64,000 bases of DNA from Acholeplasma sp. (GTDB taxonomy: Bacteria; Bacillota_I; Bacilli_A; Acholeplasmatales; UBA5453): the NCBI GenBank assembly GCA_036677365.1, contig JAVBWN010000003.1, forward strand, positions 1-64,000. The letters run 5' to 3'. The position numbers and the translations under genes are program-made. This document shows positions 1 to 9,753 of this stretch, one piece after another (position 1 is the stretch's first letter; the number at the start of each line of letters is the position of its first letter). A model generated the notes under the pieces. The model had not been told where the DNA came from and did not search any database. It saw nothing but the letters and a program-made list of their open reading frames with translations.

Positions 1-173
1 TCATAACGCAGCGATCAATATCAACAAAGAAGGATTTAGAAAGTATAAGTTAGCATTTCTGTTATAAACAATTAAGAACCGTAGGGACTACGGGGATAGC
101 CTATTGAGTCACTGGCGGGTACGCTGGTTTGGATAGGAAGCCCCCACTTCTAGTTAAGTGGTGGGTAGTTCAC
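1..173 (+). mobile_element. Right end of an IS200/IS605 (IS1341-like) element
   Basis: tnpB tail, then ACCGTAGGGACTACGGGGATAGCCT...GAAGCCCCCACTTC-TAGTT-AAGTGGTGGGTAG-TTCAC: a subterminal hairpin plus the TTCAC end motif at 169-173. Confidence 0.85.
2..67 (+). CDS. tnpB: C-terminal fragment of TnpB RNA-guided nuclease (IS200/IS605 family), runs off the window start
   Basis: Frame 2 reads HNAAININKEGFRKYKLAFLL*. (D)HNAAINI is the terminal RuvC-III motif of TnpB, and a typical IS605 right end follows. Confidence 0.85.
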   Translation, partial: HNAAININKEGFRKYKLAFLL

Positions 174-190
174 AGATAAGCCATTCATCA
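68..190 (+). ncRNA. TnpB omega-RNA (reRNA): scaffold to 173, predicted guide from about 174-190 (AGATAAGCCATTCATCA...)
   Basis: Lies downstream of or overlapping tnpB with hairpins at the IS right end. The guide is inferred as the flanking DNA, as established for TnpB. The 5' boundary is uncertain. Confidence 0.65.
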
Positions 191-192
191 AA

Positions 193-1308
193 GTGATTAC
201 GGGTATGCGGCGTGTGGGTAAGTCCACGTTGATTGATTTATATATTCAAAAATTAATTGAAACAGGGGTATCCAAAGATCAAATACTGAAAATCAATCTA
301 GAATTACCAGATTTTTTCAATATAGATAATTATCGCGATTTATCCGATTATGTTCTCTTTTGGGCGAAAGAGAAGACAGCCCCACTTTATGTATTTATCG
401 ATGAAATCGGTCGTGTTCAATCATGGGAAAAAGCCATCAATGGTTTTCATACAATGAATCGTTTCGATTTATATATCACCGGATCAAACGCTTATTTGTT
501 ATCAACGGATTTATCCACATTCTTAGCCGGTAGATATGTTGAAATACCTGTCTTACCTTTGTCATATAAAGAATTCACCCGTTTATATCCAAATTCTAAT
601 TTTGATGATTTTATTAGATTTGGTGGTATGCCATCCATATCACCATTGGGTTTAGTGTATGAAACTTCTATGACTGTGCTGAGAGATTCATTTCGATCAG
701 CGGTTTTACAAGATGTTATAACGAGACATCAAATCAGACAAACCGTTGTTCTTGAGCGACTCATTCAGTATATTTTTACGAATACAGGCAAAACATTTTC
801 AGCTTTATCCATTGTCAATTACTTAAAATCCCAAAGAATCGCCGTATCTGTTGACACCATTTTATCTTATCTAACGATTTTGGAGGATGCATTCTTAATT
901 TATCGAATCAAAAGGCATGATTTGATCGGTAAAGTCATATTGAAAACCGAAGAGAAGTACTATATCTCTGATCATGGATTTAGGGAAGCCATCGCAGGTA
1001 ACAATTTTTCTGTGATTGAAATGATTCTTGAAAATATCGTTCTGATTGAACTTAAAAGAAGAGGATATCAAGTCTATATCGGTAAAGTAAATGATCTAGA
1101 AATCGATTTTGTTGTCAAGAAAGATGGTCAAACTGAGTATTATCAAATTGCCTATTTACTTACAAATGAATCGACACGTTCAAGGGAATTCGATGTGTAC
1201 CAACATATTACTGACAATCATCCAAAATATGTATTGTCGATGGATACAATCAACTTTTCAAAAGATGGTATTATCCATAAAAATATGATTGATTTTTTAT
1301 TAGAGTAA
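193..1308 (+). CDS. AAA+ ATPase (AAA_14 + DUF4143 type), 5' end interrupted by the IS element
   Basis: Walker A GMRRVGKS, Walker B FIDEI, ITGSN, LAGR, C-terminal EIDF. The frame continues upstream as DKPFIKV to the IS end at 173. No SD before the GTG. Confidence 0.85.
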   Translation: MITGMRRVGKSTLIDLYIQKLIETGVSKDQILKINLELPDFFNIDNYRDLSDYVLFWAKEKTAPLYVFIDEIGRVQSWEKAINGFHTMNRFDLYITGSNAYLLSTDLSTFLAGRYVEIPVLPLSYKEFTRLYPNSNFDDFIRFGGMPSISPLGLVYETSMTVLRDSFRSAVLQDVITRHQIRQTVVLERLIQYIFTNTGKTFSALSIVNYLKSQRIAVSVDTILSYLTILEDAFLIYRIKRHDLIGKVILKTEEKYYISDHGFREAIAGNNFSVIEMILENIVLIELKRRGYQVYIGKVNDLEIDFVVKKDGQTEYYQIAYLLTNESTRSREFDVYQHITDNHPKYVLSMDTINFSKDGIIHKNMIDFLLE

Positions 1309-1314
1309 AGCCAA

Positions 1315-1350
1315 AAAATCCCCATTCATCATCGAACGGGGATTTTATTT
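1315..1350. terminator. Bidirectional intrinsic terminator
   Basis: AAAATCCCC...GGGGATTTT hairpin between convergent genes. Confidence 0.7.
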
Positions 1351-1775
1351 TAATATGTTTTTTTCTTTCTCGCACCAATCGTAATTCGAACATAATCAAT
1401 TTGCAAATCCTTGAGTTCAGGGATTTGTTTGATGAATTCGAAAACATCGGTGTTATTGATTTCTGTGATTTTATTGGTATCTTTGACGACCACGTGGATG
1501 TGGCTATCAGCGTTATGCATTGGGTTATCAATGGCTAAATCGTAGTACTTGGTATCGTTAATAAATAACTCAACCACGATGCGTTGCTCGATTAAAAAAT
1601 CTAAGTTGTTGTAAATCGTTGAAATGTTCGTAAACCCTTTTTTCGCAAGCGCAGTCTGAATTTCCTTGAAGGTTAAATGGTTATTTTCAAGGACGTCGAT
1701 CATCGCTTTACGGCTATTGGTGATACGAAGATTTTTCTTACGTAATTTATTGAAATAGGTCTCACGAGAATCCAT
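1350..1775 (-). CDS. fur: Fur-family transcriptional regulator
   Basis: LRITNSR, STIYNNLDFL helix-turn-helix, HSHIH metal site. Confidence 0.85.
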   Translation of the reverse strand: MDSRETYFNKLRKKNLRITNSRKAMIDVLENNHLTFKEIQTALAKKGFTNISTIYNNLDFLIEQRIVVELFINDTKYYDLAIDNPMHNADSHIHVVVKDTNKITEINNTDVFEFIKQIPELKDLQIDYVRITIGARKKKTY

Positions 1776-2549
1776 TTAATTACCCCCTACGTAGTCACTA
1801 TGCGTAGTGTAGTATGCAGTAATTATCTTTTGGAGTTCATCCGTATTGTAAGATAATGTTTCATATTTCGTCTCTAAATGCTTCAATTGATAGGGCGGTA
1901 ATATGTGCAGTTCTACGCATGGCTTGCGCTTTAAGTACTTATAAAGCCCTGTTGGCTTCTTAAATATAAATACCATAGGTATTATATCAACATTTGCGTT
2001 AAAAGCGAAACGAAATGCTCCTTTTTTAAAGGGACGGATGTGGTCACAGTAGGGTCTTAAGGACGCTTCTGGGAATACAGCAATCATATTGTTGCCAGCC
2101 AATTGCTCGTTTAACAACTTTTGATAACGCACAATGCCTTCTTTAGAGTCAGGAATGGGTGCGCCACCAATGATGTGGAATAGCTTGCCAACGATGGGCA
2201 ACCCAAGGTTTGTTTTCAACATGGTATAGTATATACGCTTTGGAAAAAAAGAAGCACCCAATAAGAAAGAATCAAACTGGTGGACGTGGTTAGAAACGAT
2301 GACCGCGCCTTTTTTTCGGTAAGCTTTGAAGATTTTTTTATTTCTCACTCTAAAGCGTAAGAAGATGAACCCATAAAAATAGACAAAAACAACCTTGATT
2401 AAAAAAACCAAGATCTTTGATAACATACGGGTATGCCATTTTTGCCCAAAATAATCGAAATCCTCGGGTAAATCTACCGGTTTCGCTTCGATGGTCTTAA
2501 ACGTGTGTTCGTTTTCGTCTTTGGGTTTTAAATCTTCATTGTTTGCCAT
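1776..2549 (-). CDS. 1-acyl-sn-glycerol-3-phosphate acyltransferase (PlsC family)
   Basis: NHVHQFD (NHx4D) and FPEA motifs, PFKKGAF. Confidence 0.85.
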   Translation of the reverse strand: MANNEDLKPKDENEHTFKTIEAKPVDLPEDFDYFGQKWHTRMLSKILVFLIKVVFVYFYGFIFLRFRVRNKKIFKAYRKKGAVIVSNHVHQFDSFLLGASFFPKRIYYTMLKTNLGLPIVGKLFHIIGGAPIPDSKEGIVRYQKLLNEQLAGNNMIAVFPEASLRPYCDHIRPFKKGAFRFAFNANVDIIPMVFIFKKPTGLYKYLKRKPCVELHILPPYQLKHLETKYETLSYNTDELQKIITAYYTTHSDYVGGN

Positions 2550-2658
2550 GGAGACACCTTAAAAAATAGATACTTCTTTTCTATTATATCATAGGTCAAA
2601 CCATTCATGTGTGACTATAAATAGTCATATTGTATGATATAATGAATTGGGTGAGGCC

Positions 2659-3222
2659 ATGATCTTAGTATACGGTGGGGCGTTTAATCCGCCAACCAAA
2701 GCACATAAAACGATATTTGAAACACTTATGAAGCAGTATCACCCATCATGCTTTATTTTTATCCCCGTAGGTAAGGCTTACCCAAAATCCAACCTCATCG
2801 ACTTTCACCATCGTAAAAAAATGATTGAAATCATGACCCAAGGGTACGACCAAGTGATCGTGTCTGACTTTGAACAAACAGATGCTTTCAAAGGCACCAT
2901 CAGTGCGCTTGATTATTTCAAACAAATGTATCAGACTGAGATCAAATTTGTCTTGGGTTTAGACAATGTCCTCGATTTACCGAATTGGATCGAATACCCA
3001 AGATTATTAGCTGAAAACCAGTTCATCGCGATTGACCGTCAAGGTTCTGTGAGAAACATCATTGCACAACAGTATCCAAATCATCAACACCAATTTGAAA
3101 CCATCGAACTCGATATCCCAATGTCGTCTACCCTGTTTAGACAAGACCCGAAATCTTTCAAACACCTGATTGACGAACCGGTATACGATTATATCCAAAA
3201 GCACCATCTATACGGAGTGTGA
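2659..3222 (+). CDS. nadD: Nicotinate-nucleotide adenylyltransferase
   Basis: YGGAFNPPTKAH (HIGH-like), GLDN, SST. ATG at 2659 follows GGTGAGG. Adjacent to NAD synthetase. Confidence 0.9.
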   Translation: MILVYGGAFNPPTKAHKTIFETLMKQYHPSCFIFIPVGKAYPKSNLIDFHHRKKMIEIMTQGYDQVIVSDFEQTDAFKGTISALDYFKQMYQTEIKFVLGLDNVLDLPNWIEYPRLLAENQFIAIDRQGSVRNIIAQQYPNHQHQFETIELDIPMSSTLFRQDPKSFKHLIDEPVYDYIQKHHLYGV

Positions 3223-3226
3223 TTCT

Positions 3227-5089
3227 ATGTATCATCAAGGCTTCCTAAAAATTGCGTTGGTTACCCCTAGTCTAGAGGTAGGGAACCCCGAATATAACGT
3301 TTCGGAAATCCTTAAAACCATTCAAACATTGGATGTTGGGGTTACGTTATGTCCAGAACTATCGATCACAGGCTATGCTTGTGGCGATTTATTCTATCAA
3401 GACGCCCTCATCATGAATGCGAAAAGACAACTCAAACGTTTGTTAGACACATCCACCTTTAAAGGTGTTTTAGTTGTAGGCTTACCACTCGATATCGAAG
3501 GCGTTTTATACAACACAGCTGTGGTGATTCAAGGGTCTAAACTCTTGGGTATCATCCCTAAAAAGTACTTACCAAACACGTATGAATACTATGAAAAACG
3601 TTGGTTCAACTCTGGTTTAGACATTCAAATCAAAGAAGTTGAATTATTAAATCAAGTGGTACCATTTGGCGATTTGATTTTTGAAGATAACGATAAAAAT
3701 ATCCGCTTTGGTGTCGAAATTTGTCAAGACATGTGGACCAATTTCTCCCCAGGCAACGCCCTCGCTTTGAATGGTGCGAATATGATTTTAAACTTATCCG
3801 CATCTAATGAATATCTCGATAAAGAAGCTTCTAGACGGATGGTCGTGGTGGAAAACTCTAGACGTAATGCAGGGGCTTATGTGTATGTGTCTTCTGGGAT
3901 GATGGAATCCTCTTCGGATACCGTCTTTTCTGGACACAACATGGTCGCTGTCAATGGGCAACTCAGGGATGAAAAATTCTTCAATACCCCGAAGACGCAA
4001 GTGTTATTAACTGAAGTGGATTTCGGTGAAATTCACTTCACGAGAAGACACGATACCAATTTAAAAGATGCGTTACATCGCGTTAAAATGGACATCACAA
4101 GAATCCCTGTTCATTTTGAAGACAACCCAAACTTTATATTTTCAAAACCACTCAATGAATTACCGTTTGTTCCAAAACCAAAACAAGCCAAAAAAGCCTT
4201 TGAAGACATCAAACGCATTCAAGTCCAAGCACTGGCGAAACGTTTATTACACGTCAATATGCCAACCTTAGTGATTGGTGTTTCCGGTGGCTTAGATTCC
4301 ACCTTAGCCTTACTCATCGCCCATGAAACCTATCAGTTCTTAGGGTGGGACCCTAAAGGTATTTTAGGGGTGACCATGCCTGGGTTAGGCACCTCTGACC
4401 GCACTAAAAATAACGCGGTTCAATTGATGTCATTGTTGGGGATTACCCATCAAGAAATTTCGATTGTTGAAGAGACCCACAAGCATTTTGAGATGATTAA
4501 ACAAGATAAAAACCAAACCGACATTACCTATGAAAATACCCAAGCGAGAATTCGTACGATGACACTCATGAACCTCGCCAATAAACACAATGGTATTGTC
4601 TTGGGTACAGGGGATTTGTCTGAGATTGCTTTAGGCTTTATGACGTATAATGGCGATCAGATGAGCATGTATGGCATCAATGCAGGACTACCAAAAACCT
4701 TGGTCAGATTCATGGTTGAGATGTACGCTTCGGTCCATTTAAATCTATCTGAGATTTTAATGGATATCGTGTTAACGCCGGTATCCCCAGAACTCATCAA
4801 AAACCAAAAAACAGAAGACATCTTGGGTAAATATAAAATCAACGATTTCCTCCTTCATCGCTTATTGAGATGTGGCGATGAACCGGAAAAAATGGTCTTC
4901 TTATTGAAATCTATTTTCCAAGTGGATGACAAAGAAGCGTCCACCCGTGTGAATTATTTCTTAAACCGTTTTTACAACCAACAATTCAAACGTCAGGTAT
5001 TGCCTGATGGTCCAAAAATCCTAGACATTACACTCTCACCTCGAGGGGATTTTAGAATGCCTAGCGATATCAAAGTGGTGATTAAATGA
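3227..5089 (+). CDS. nadE: Glutamine-dependent NAD+ synthetase
   Basis: Nitrilase domain (PEL, K, EICQD) plus SGGLDS and ENTQARIR synthetase motifs. Confidence 0.95.
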   Translation: MYHQGFLKIALVTPSLEVGNPEYNVSEILKTIQTLDVGVTLCPELSITGYACGDLFYQDALIMNAKRQLKRLLDTSTFKGVLVVGLPLDIEGVLYNTAVVIQGSKLLGIIPKKYLPNTYEYYEKRWFNSGLDIQIKEVELLNQVVPFGDLIFEDNDKNIRFGVEICQDMWTNFSPGNALALNGANMILNLSASNEYLDKEASRRMVVVENSRRNAGAYVYVSSGMMESSSDTVFSGHNMVAVNGQLRDEKFFNTPKTQVLLTEVDFGEIHFTRRHDTNLKDALHRVKMDITRIPVHFEDNPNFIFSKPLNELPFVPKPKQAKKAFEDIKRIQVQALAKRLLHVNMPTLVIGVSGGLDSTLALLIAHETYQFLGWDPKGILGVTMPGLGTSDRTKNNAVQLMSLLGITHQEISIVEETHKHFEMIKQDKNQTDITYENTQARIRTMTLMNLANKHNGIVLGTGDLSEIALGFMTYNGDQMSMYGINAGLPKTLVRFMVEMYASVHLNLSEILMDIVLTPVSPELIKNQKTEDILGKYKINDFLLHRLLRCGDEPEKMVFLLKSIFQVDDKEASTRVNYFLNRFYNQQFKRQVLPDGPKILDITLSPRGDFRMPSDIKVVIK

Positions 5090-6213
5090 AAGTCATATTA
5101 GGTTTATCTGGTGGCGTCGACAGCAGTGTCGCTGCCATCAAACTTTTAGAACAAGGCTATGAAGTCGAAGCTGTATTCATGCGTAACTGGGACTCCGCAG
5201 CCAACCAAGACGTTTATGGGAATCCCACCGTCAATGATGACATGTGTGCCCAAGAAGTCGATTACCAAGACGCCTTAAAAGTAGCCAATCAAATTGGCAT
5301 CAAACTCCATAAAGTCGATTTTACCCAAGAGTATTGGAACCAAGTATTCCAGTACTTTTTAGGCGAATATAACCGTGGTAGAACACCCAATCCAGACATT
5401 TTGTGTAACACTGAAATCAAATTCAAAGCATTTTTAGATTACGCAAAAGGGCTCAAAGCAGACTACATCGCGATGGGTCACTACGCCAAAACCGAAGTCG
5501 TTGATGGTAAAGTTTTACTCAAACGTGCCCACGACGATAACAAAGACCAAACCTATTTTCTATCACAACTCACCGAAGCACAAATCGAACGTGCTTTGTT
5601 TCCACTCGGTGACATCGATAAACCAGAAGTCAGAGAGATTGCGAAAAGACACAACCTCGCGACTGCGGTTAAAAAGGATTCTACCGGGATTTGCTTCATC
5701 GGAGAACGCCAGTTCAATCAATTTTTAAGCAATTATCTGTATAAGAAACCTGGAAAGATGACCAAACTCGATGGCACATTCATCAAAGCCCACGATGGCT
5801 TGATGAATTACACGATTGGTCAACGTAAAGGGTTGGGCATTGGCGGCTTAAAAGCGTACGATTTAGAACCGTGGTTTGTGGTTGGAAAAGACGTCACCAA
5901 TAACATTCTTTACGTCGAACAAGGCTTCCATCACCCTTATTTATATTCCAACCGTTGTATTGTCAAAGACGTTGTTTGGCGCTATGACAAATCCTTGGAA
6001 CAAAGACAATTTTCCGCGAAATTTAGATACCGTCAAAAAGATACCGACGTCTTTTTGAAATGGATTGACGATACCACCTTAGAAGTATCCTACCCAACCA
6101 CCGTCCGTGCGGTGACCCCAGGTCAAGCCTGTGCGATTTATGAAGGCGATGTGTGTGTCGCTGGTGGGTTCATCGATACAGTTTATATGAATGAAGAAAG
6201 AAGAAACTATTGA
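5086..6213 (+). CDS. mnmA: tRNA 2-thiouridine(34) synthase
   Basis: SGGVDS, TPNPDILCN, KDQTYFL, DSTGICFIG, TPGQ. Confidence 0.97.
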   Translation: MKVILGLSGGVDSSVAAIKLLEQGYEVEAVFMRNWDSAANQDVYGNPTVNDDMCAQEVDYQDALKVANQIGIKLHKVDFTQEYWNQVFQYFLGEYNRGRTPNPDILCNTEIKFKAFLDYAKGLKADYIAMGHYAKTEVVDGKVLLKRAHDDNKDQTYFLSQLTEAQIERALFPLGDIDKPEVREIAKRHNLATAVKKDSTGICFIGERQFNQFLSNYLYKKPGKMTKLDGTFIKAHDGLMNYTIGQRKGLGIGGLKAYDLEPWFVVGKDVTNNILYVEQGFHHPYLYSNRCIVKDVVWRYDKSLEQRQFSAKFRYRQKDTDVFLKWIDDTTLEVSYPTTVRAVTPGQACAIYEGDVCVAGGFIDTVYMNEERRNY

Positions 6214-7382
6214 TGCGAAAAGCGTGGCTCTTATTGGCCTTTTCCTTGCTGGTTGGCTTGGGGATGAATTTAGCTCACCCCGTGACACCAGCCCATTTAA
6301 ATACGATTGGCATTCACAAATCGATGTTTGGTGTGATGTTCGCCAGCATGAATTTAGGCCAATTCATATTCGCCCCATTTTGGGGTAATTTAGGTGACCA
6401 GAAGAATCGAACTTGGGTCGCCGTTATTGGCTTATTAGGCTATGCCATTTCACAATTTTTCTTTGGCTATGTGACCAATGTCTACTTGGTCATTTTGGTG
6501 CGATTTACCGCTGGGGTATTCGCTTGTGCCATTTTATCCAATGGGTTGGCACACATTTCTGTGAATAAAGAATTTGGGACTCACAAAGCCAAACTGATTT
6601 CTTTATTTGTCGCTTTCAATGTGATGGGTTCGACTCTAGGCTATTATATCGGTGGGTTCATCGGTGACCATTTTGTGGGTCAAGAATACATCTTAATGTA
6701 TACCCAAGCGGTCTTCAATTTGGTACTTGCAGGATTAACCATGGCATTTTTACACATGGATGAAGAAATCAAAATCGTGAAGAAACGCCAAAGCGCGATT
6801 GCACAATTGGCTCAAATCAAAAAGCTCTCAAAAGAACTGTTTTTACTGATCATCATCATCGCGCTTGTCTCTATCGCGCAAACCAATTTTTCCAAGTATT
6901 TAGATTTATACATGACGGACTTAAGATACACCCCTTCACAAATTGGTTCATTGGTATTTGTCACAGGCATCATCACTTTAATCATGAGTTTCTTCGTCGT
7001 TCCTCAGTTAAGCAAGCGATATAAGGAAACCAAAACCATTTTCGTTGTCGTCATTTTACAGGCCATTTTTACCGCACTTACCTTTAGTCTGGATCAAAGC
7101 ATATTCCTCGTTTGGGGGTATACCTTCTTCATGGTCTATATCGCCGGTAAAGCCATCTACGAACCGACCATTGCCTCTCATTTATCGAAATATACCGATG
7201 TATCTCCAGGGGTATTGATGGGGTCAAGACAAAGTGCAATATCACTGGGTGCCATCATCGGCCCACTGGTCGCAGGTGTCATTTATGATGACATCGGGGT
7301 GTATTTATTCATCGTATTGTCTGGCATTTTAGCGCTCAGTGCGGTCTTATTATCGATCTATAAAAAGCGGGTGAAAGTATGA
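6213..7382 (+). CDS. MFS transporter
   Basis: About 12 hydrophobic segments; WGNLGDQKNR resembles MFS motif A. Confidence 0.85.
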   Translation: MRKAWLLLAFSLLVGLGMNLAHPVTPAHLNTIGIHKSMFGVMFASMNLGQFIFAPFWGNLGDQKNRTWVAVIGLLGYAISQFFFGYVTNVYLVILVRFTAGVFACAILSNGLAHISVNKEFGTHKAKLISLFVAFNVMGSTLGYYIGGFIGDHFVGQEYILMYTQAVFNLVLAGLTMAFLHMDEEIKIVKKRQSAIAQLAQIKKLSKELFLLIIIIALVSIAQTNFSKYLDLYMTDLRYTPSQIGSLVFVTGIITLIMSFFVVPQLSKRYKETKTIFVVVILQAIFTALTFSLDQSIFLVWGYTFFMVYIAGKAIYEPTIASHLSKYTDVSPGVLMGSRQSAISLGAIIGPLVAGVIYDDIGVYLFIVLSGILALSAVLLSIYKKRVKV

Positions 7383-9580
7383 GAACCTTAATCGGCAATG
7401 TCACCCATTATTTATTTAGAAATCAAGACAATGGCTATTCGATTGCGAAAGTGATCCTAGAAGATGAATCTGAAGTCATCATGACGGGGTATTTCCCGGA
7501 ATTATCCAAAGAAGTGACGTATAGTTTTACGTGTGAAGAAACCACCCATCCGAAGTATGGGATACAATATAAAGTCATCCAATTTGATAAGGCGGATGTT
7601 CAAAATAAAGAAGGTTTAATCGCGTATTTATCCTCCGATTTGTTCACAGGGATTGGTCCTGTCAAAGCCAGAAAAATGGTGGAACTTTTTGGCGACCAAA
7701 CCATTAAAAAGATTTTAGATGATAAACTCATCTTAATGCAAGTCGGTTTGAACCGTCTTCAAATTGAACGCTTTTACCAACAACTGTATGACAATCAAGT
7801 GATTGAATCGACTTTAGTTAAACTCTATGGTTATGGCTTATCTTCAAAGATGGCGATGAAGCTCTTCAATAAATATAAAGATGAAACCCTATCGGTTTTA
7901 CAAAAGAACCCATACCGTTTGATTGAAGACATCGATGGCATTGGCTTTCAAAAAGCAGACGCCATCGCTGAATTGTTTTCAATCCAAAAGGATGACCCAA
8001 GACGAATTGAAGCAGCGATTTTATATGGCATCAAAACATTCTCTTTTTCGAAAGGGGATACGTTCTTGTATGAGACACAATTAGACTACATTTATCAAAC
8101 TTTCTTAAGAGAAATTGACTACCTAAAAATCCAAACCGGACTTTCAAATCTCATCCAAAATAATCAAATTCTCAACATTGAAAACAAATATTTCTTAAAG
8201 CAAATTTACGATACCGAACTCTCGGTATCCAACCACATCAAACGGTTGATGATTTCTGTTGAAGACCGAACCAATGAGATCTTAAACCTCATCGAACGGG
8301 CACAATTCGATTTAGGCATCGAATACACCGAAAAACAAAAAGAAGCCATAGTATCGGCACTCAGTTCATCCATATCGGTCATCACTGGCGGACCAGGGAC
8401 AGGGAAAACCACCGTCATTTCTGGCATCCTTTATGTATATTCAAAACTCCACCGCATCGATTTAACCTTAGAATCGGCCAGTGAAGACATCCTATTGGTC
8501 GCTCCAACCGGACGCGCTTCAAGGCGGATGCAGGCAGTGATGAATGTCAAAGCGATGACCATTCACCGGGCTTTGGGTTATAACTATGATGGTATCTTTT
8601 ACTACAATGAGCACATCCAACTCCCTCAAGATTTGATCGTCATCGATGAAGCCTCGATGATTGATATCTTCCTCGCTGAGAATTTATTTAAATCGATTCC
8701 AGCCCACACCCAAGTCATCATCGTTGGGGATGAAGACCAATTGCCATCGGTTGGACCAGGGTATGTCTTAGGCGATATCATCGCATCCAATCAAGTCCCT
8801 GTGATTAGACTCAAAGAAATCCACCGTCAAGCGAAGAATTCAAACATCATTTCCTTGGCCCAAGTCGTGAACGAACAACGGGTTGAAGACACCGATTTTG
8901 ATTCGAAAGAAGACATCAAGTTTATGAATCTAGATTCCAGCAAAATCATCGATGCTATACGCTATACCGTGAAAGCAGCCCTCGATTTAGGCTATGATTT
9001 ATATGAAGATATCCAAGTCTTAATTCCGATGTATAAAGGCCCCCTCGGGATTGACGCAGTCAATAAAGTCTTGCAAGAATCCTTGATGGATTTTAAAAAG
9101 ACCATCACCTATGGCGAAAAAATCTTTACCATCGGAGATAAAGTCATTCAACTTTCCAACTCACCTGAAAAAGGCATCATGAATGGGGATATTGGGATCA
9201 TCAAAGACATCTCTAAGTCGAAAGACAATGAAGACATCATTTATATCTCTTTCGATGACCACGTGATTCCTTTCCAAAAAGGGGATTTAGAAGATTTAAA
9301 TCACGCTTACGCGATATCTATCCATAAATCTCAAGGCAGTGAATATAAAGTCGTGATCATGCCTCTAGTACGTGCGTACATGCGTCTTTTAAGAAAAGAA
9401 CTGTTATACACAGGCATCACAAGAACCAAAACCCATCTATCTTTATTGGGGGACTTAAGTCTCATTGAACAAGCTTCTAAAGTATTGAATGAAAAACGTC
9501 AAACCCGATTGGCGCATTACTTAAATGAATCGATTGAATCGGTAGAAGTAGAACTATCCCCTTATGATTTTTTAGAATGA
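7379..9580 (+). CDS. recD2: ATP-dependent RecD2-like DNA helicase
   Basis: HPKYG, HhH GIGPVKA, GGPGTGKT, DEASM, GDEDQLPSVG, HKSQGSE. Confidence 0.93.
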   Translation: MRTLIGNVTHYLFRNQDNGYSIAKVILEDESEVIMTGYFPELSKEVTYSFTCEETTHPKYGIQYKVIQFDKADVQNKEGLIAYLSSDLFTGIGPVKARKMVELFGDQTIKKILDDKLILMQVGLNRLQIERFYQQLYDNQVIESTLVKLYGYGLSSKMAMKLFNKYKDETLSVLQKNPYRLIEDIDGIGFQKADAIAELFSIQKDDPRRIEAAILYGIKTFSFSKGDTFLYETQLDYIYQTFLREIDYLKIQTGLSNLIQNNQILNIENKYFLKQIYDTELSVSNHIKRLMISVEDRTNEILNLIERAQFDLGIEYTEKQKEAIVSALSSSISVITGGPGTGKTTVISGILYVYSKLHRIDLTLESASEDILLVAPTGRASRRMQAVMNVKAMTIHRALGYNYDGIFYYNEHIQLPQDLIVIDEASMIDIFLAENLFKSIPAHTQVIIVGDEDQLPSVGPGYVLGDIIASNQVPVIRLKEIHRQAKNSNIISLAQVVNEQRVEDTDFDSKEDIKFMNLDSSKIIDAIRYTVKAALDLGYDLYEDIQVLIPMYKGPLGIDAVNKVLQESLMDFKKTITYGEKIFTIGDKVIQLSNSPEKGIMNGDIGIIKDISKSKDNEDIIYISFDDHVIPFQKGDLEDLNHAYAISIHKSQGSEYKVVIMPLVRAYMRLLRKELLYTGITRTKTHLSLLGDLSLIEQASKVLNEKRQTRLAHYLNESIESVEVELSPYDFLE

Positions 9581-9593
9581 CAAATATAAAATC

Positions 9594-9622
9594 AAACACC
9601 CCTTTCAAACGGGTGTTTTTTT
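9594..9622 (+). terminator. Intrinsic terminator after recD2
   Basis: AAACACCC...GGGTGTTT followed by a T-run. Confidence 0.75.
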
Positions 9623-9753
9623 CAAAATCACCTCATTACAAATGCATTACAAAATTATTAATGGTTTGGAGTGCAAAGCATTTTTTTTATAAGAATTATC
9701 ATTGTATAATTTCGAGTAATGGTGAGTAATTTTTTATTCACCGGACAGGAGAA

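Noticed and set aside
169-175. IStron 3' splice site at ...CACAG
   Set aside because: The TTCAC end fits an ordinary IS605 right end, and any intron core would lie outside the window, so this cannot be supported here.
1322-1331. 10-nt match (CCATTCATCA) to the predicted TnpB guide
   Set aside because: Too short, lacks the seed portion and an adjacent target motif; likely chance.
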